The notes under the pieces were generated by a model. The model saw nothing but the letters and a program-made list of their open reading frames with translations, made no database searches and was not told where the DNA came from. 64,000 nucleotides of DNA from an uncultured Methanomicrobiaceae archaeon (lineage in GTDB: Archaea > Halobacteriota > Methanomicrobia > Methanomicrobiales > Methanoculleaceae), in assembly GCA_963826525.1 (NCBI GenBank), contig CAWGXH010000004.1, positions 1,312,001 to 1,376,000 of the forward strand, in the 5' to 3' direction. Position numbers and translations under genes: made by a program. Of the stretch, positions 61,778 to 64,000 are shown in pieces (the stretch's first letter is position 1; every line of letters begins with the position of its first letter).

Positions 61778-63483
61778 TTACACATCGGGTGGTGAGACGA
61801 ACCGGTATCCGTTCCGCGGAATACGGATCTCGAACCGGGCGCCGGCGCTCGCGGTGCCGGCTTCCCTGATGGTAATTCCGGTAACGGAGAGGATCTCCCG
61901 CACAAGGAAGAGACCCTGCCCCTGTTTTCGCTCACGCCGTCTTTCAAAGACTGTTTCCTTCATCCCGTCGGGTATTCCTGTTCCGTTGTCTTCGAAGACG
62001 AGGGTCAGCCCCTCATCTGTTTCACGGTACCAGAGAGATACTTCCGTCGCCGTGGTGCCGTGTCCGATCACGTTCTCGGCGAGGTTGAAGAATACGGTTT
62101 CCAGCAGCGGATCGGCATAGATCTCAAGACCCTCCACATGGAGCTTCCGGGATATACCGGTGAAATCCAGGTGCGAGATCCCATAGATGAAGGCAAGGTT
62201 CACATTCTGCCATGCAGGCGGGCGCAGGCCGAGATCCTGGTACATCTCCGCGAACTGTATCCAGTTCTCCACCTGACCGACGAGCAACGTCTGCTTTTCC
62301 AGGTAATCCAGTGCATTCTCATCCGTTGCCAGTTGTTTCTGCAGCTCGATATACCCGGAAAGGCTGAACATTGCGTTTTTTATGTCGCTGAAGGTGATCA
62401 GATTCAGGAGGTTCAGCTTCCGGGTAGCCAGGTGCAACGCCTCCTCCGCACGCTTGCGCTCCGAGATATCCCTGTCGATCGCGAAGACGTATTTTTTTGC
62501 GCCGATGGAGAGCACCCGGGAATTGATCTCTATCGGGAAACAGGTTCCATCCTTTCGCACATGGACAACCTCCCCCTGCAGACGCTCGCCCTTCAGCACA
62601 CGTTCGAACCGTTCCGGTGCCGACTGCCGCGACTCCTCGGTATCGAGATTGGTAATCTTCATGCCTTTCAGTTCCGCGACGGTGTACCCGTGCATCTCTG
62701 CTGCAGCCCGGTTTGCATCAACGATCCGCCCCTGCTCCTCACCGTCGCCCTCGAACATCAGGATGCAGTCGCCAGCCATTTCAAAGAGCGTCCGGTACTT
62801 CTTCTCGCTCTCCTCAAGCTGTTTCTCGTCCGATCCCCTGCGGCGTTCGACGACGCAAACCCCGGCACCCGCAGAGATCAGGGCAATAAGCCAGAGAATG
62901 TAGAGACTTCTGTCAACGGCGTTCAGTTTCTCCAGGACAACAGTTTCTTCCATATCTACGCCGACAATGCCCACGACATTTCCCGCACTATCCCTGACCG
63001 GCGCAAATCCCGAGAGCACCGTCCCCCACTCGTCGGTCGTAAACTCGGTGTCGGCAGACGGCTCGGCAAAACCGAGAAGAGCTCCGGTTCCGCCTCCGGA
63101 TATGGCTCTCCTATCGGTGCGGCATCGGCGGCATAGCCATAATCGCCGTCAACGACGAATTCGATGGCATCGCCGCCTCTTCGCATGGTATAGATATAGA
63201 GAATATTCGGAGTTGCCTCCTTTGTCCGCCGGAGCTGGTCCCTGATGCGGATGAAATCCGCAGTATCCTCATCGCCGCTCTGTATCCGGGCGAGCGCATC
63301 GCCGTCGATCTGGGATGCCGTGACACTTGCAACCGAGATAAGTTGCTCCTGGACCTCTCCGTAGACCGTATCCTTGGTTCCCGTCGAGACTGAATAGACG
63401 AGCCCGCCGGATAGTACGATAATAAGTATGACGAATGCCACTGAGGCGATTCGGTGGTTCTTTCTCATCATGCCTGCCATCAC
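61778..63483 (-). CDS. Membrane sensor: TM - Cache-like - TM - PAS - HATPase (frameshift near 63075)
   Basis: YIYTMR, DEWGTVLSGFAPVRDSAGNVVGIVGVD, PAS, NLAENVIGHG, FEDNGTGI, GQGLFL. Confidence 0.82.
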
Positions 63484-64000
63484 ATCACACGGCGGGAAAC
63501 GTATCTCCGGTCAGGAAAACCCTTATAAATATGATGTATCTGTACGACTAAAAACGATACCTTTTTGTTCGTTGCGTCAACCCCGTCACTGTGCAGTTCC
63601 CTGCTTTCGTCACTGCCCGGTTGCACGAACGACTGCACTGCGGAGATGCAGTCCGGTAGCCTCCCCGATACCGCTCAAACCTCGACCACTTCCAGTCATC
63701 CCTGCTGTGCCTCCAGAACTTCGCCGTTGCGGAGTAACATATCCGGCAGCGTTTCTGTTTCGCGTTCAGGGTAGGGCGACTCGTCAATGACCTGGGAGAT
63801 GCGAGCGAGCCCGGGTACATTGGTCTTTGCTATCTCGCGGATCTTCTTCATGGGGCGGGTTATACGGCCGGCAACGGCCTGACCCTCCTCCCCCTCTCTT
63901 CTCCGGGCAAGGCGGTGTGCTGCCGAACTGCTCACGGCGCCGCTTCCCGCACCATGGGGCAGACGTTGCACCCCTCCATCTCGCCAAAGCAGAAGTTGAA

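Noticed and set aside
63500-64000. Short ORFs at the window end
   Set aside because: No recognisable homology; possibly a truncated or broken gene tail

Overview
GC-rich archaeal chromosome segment. Gene content (HMf-type histone, RadA, RPA, DUF1890/DUF1894, PAS/GAF histidine kinases) points to a methanogen, most likely Methanomicrobiales (inference). About 1-32 kb is mostly housekeeping: radA, rpa, lysA, dapL, cutA, fdhD, hisC, argD, GMP synthase B, pyrG, copA and hisD, plus signalling and surface proteins. About 32.3-61.2 kb is a ~29 kb tungstate/molybdate island. It has three TupA, two WtpA and one ModA binding proteins, four ABC permease/ATPase pairs, a MOT1-type transporter, a single-subunit molybdenum-storage-protein (MoSto) homolog, a stand-alone TiaS-like DDTD protein, a TrmO homolog inside modABC and a GntR-like regulator. 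The best candidate for an undescribed system is a six-gene operon (42.7-52.8 kb) of exported proteins built from repeated sulfite-oxidase/Moco-fold-like domains, ending in an orphan wtpA. A 20-bp GTTAA-N10-TTAAC-like dyad recurs upstream of the island's operons. Many genes carry single-base frameshifts, probably read or consensus errors. No rRNA, tRNA or CRISPR array was recognised. All family calls come from motif recognition, not database searches.
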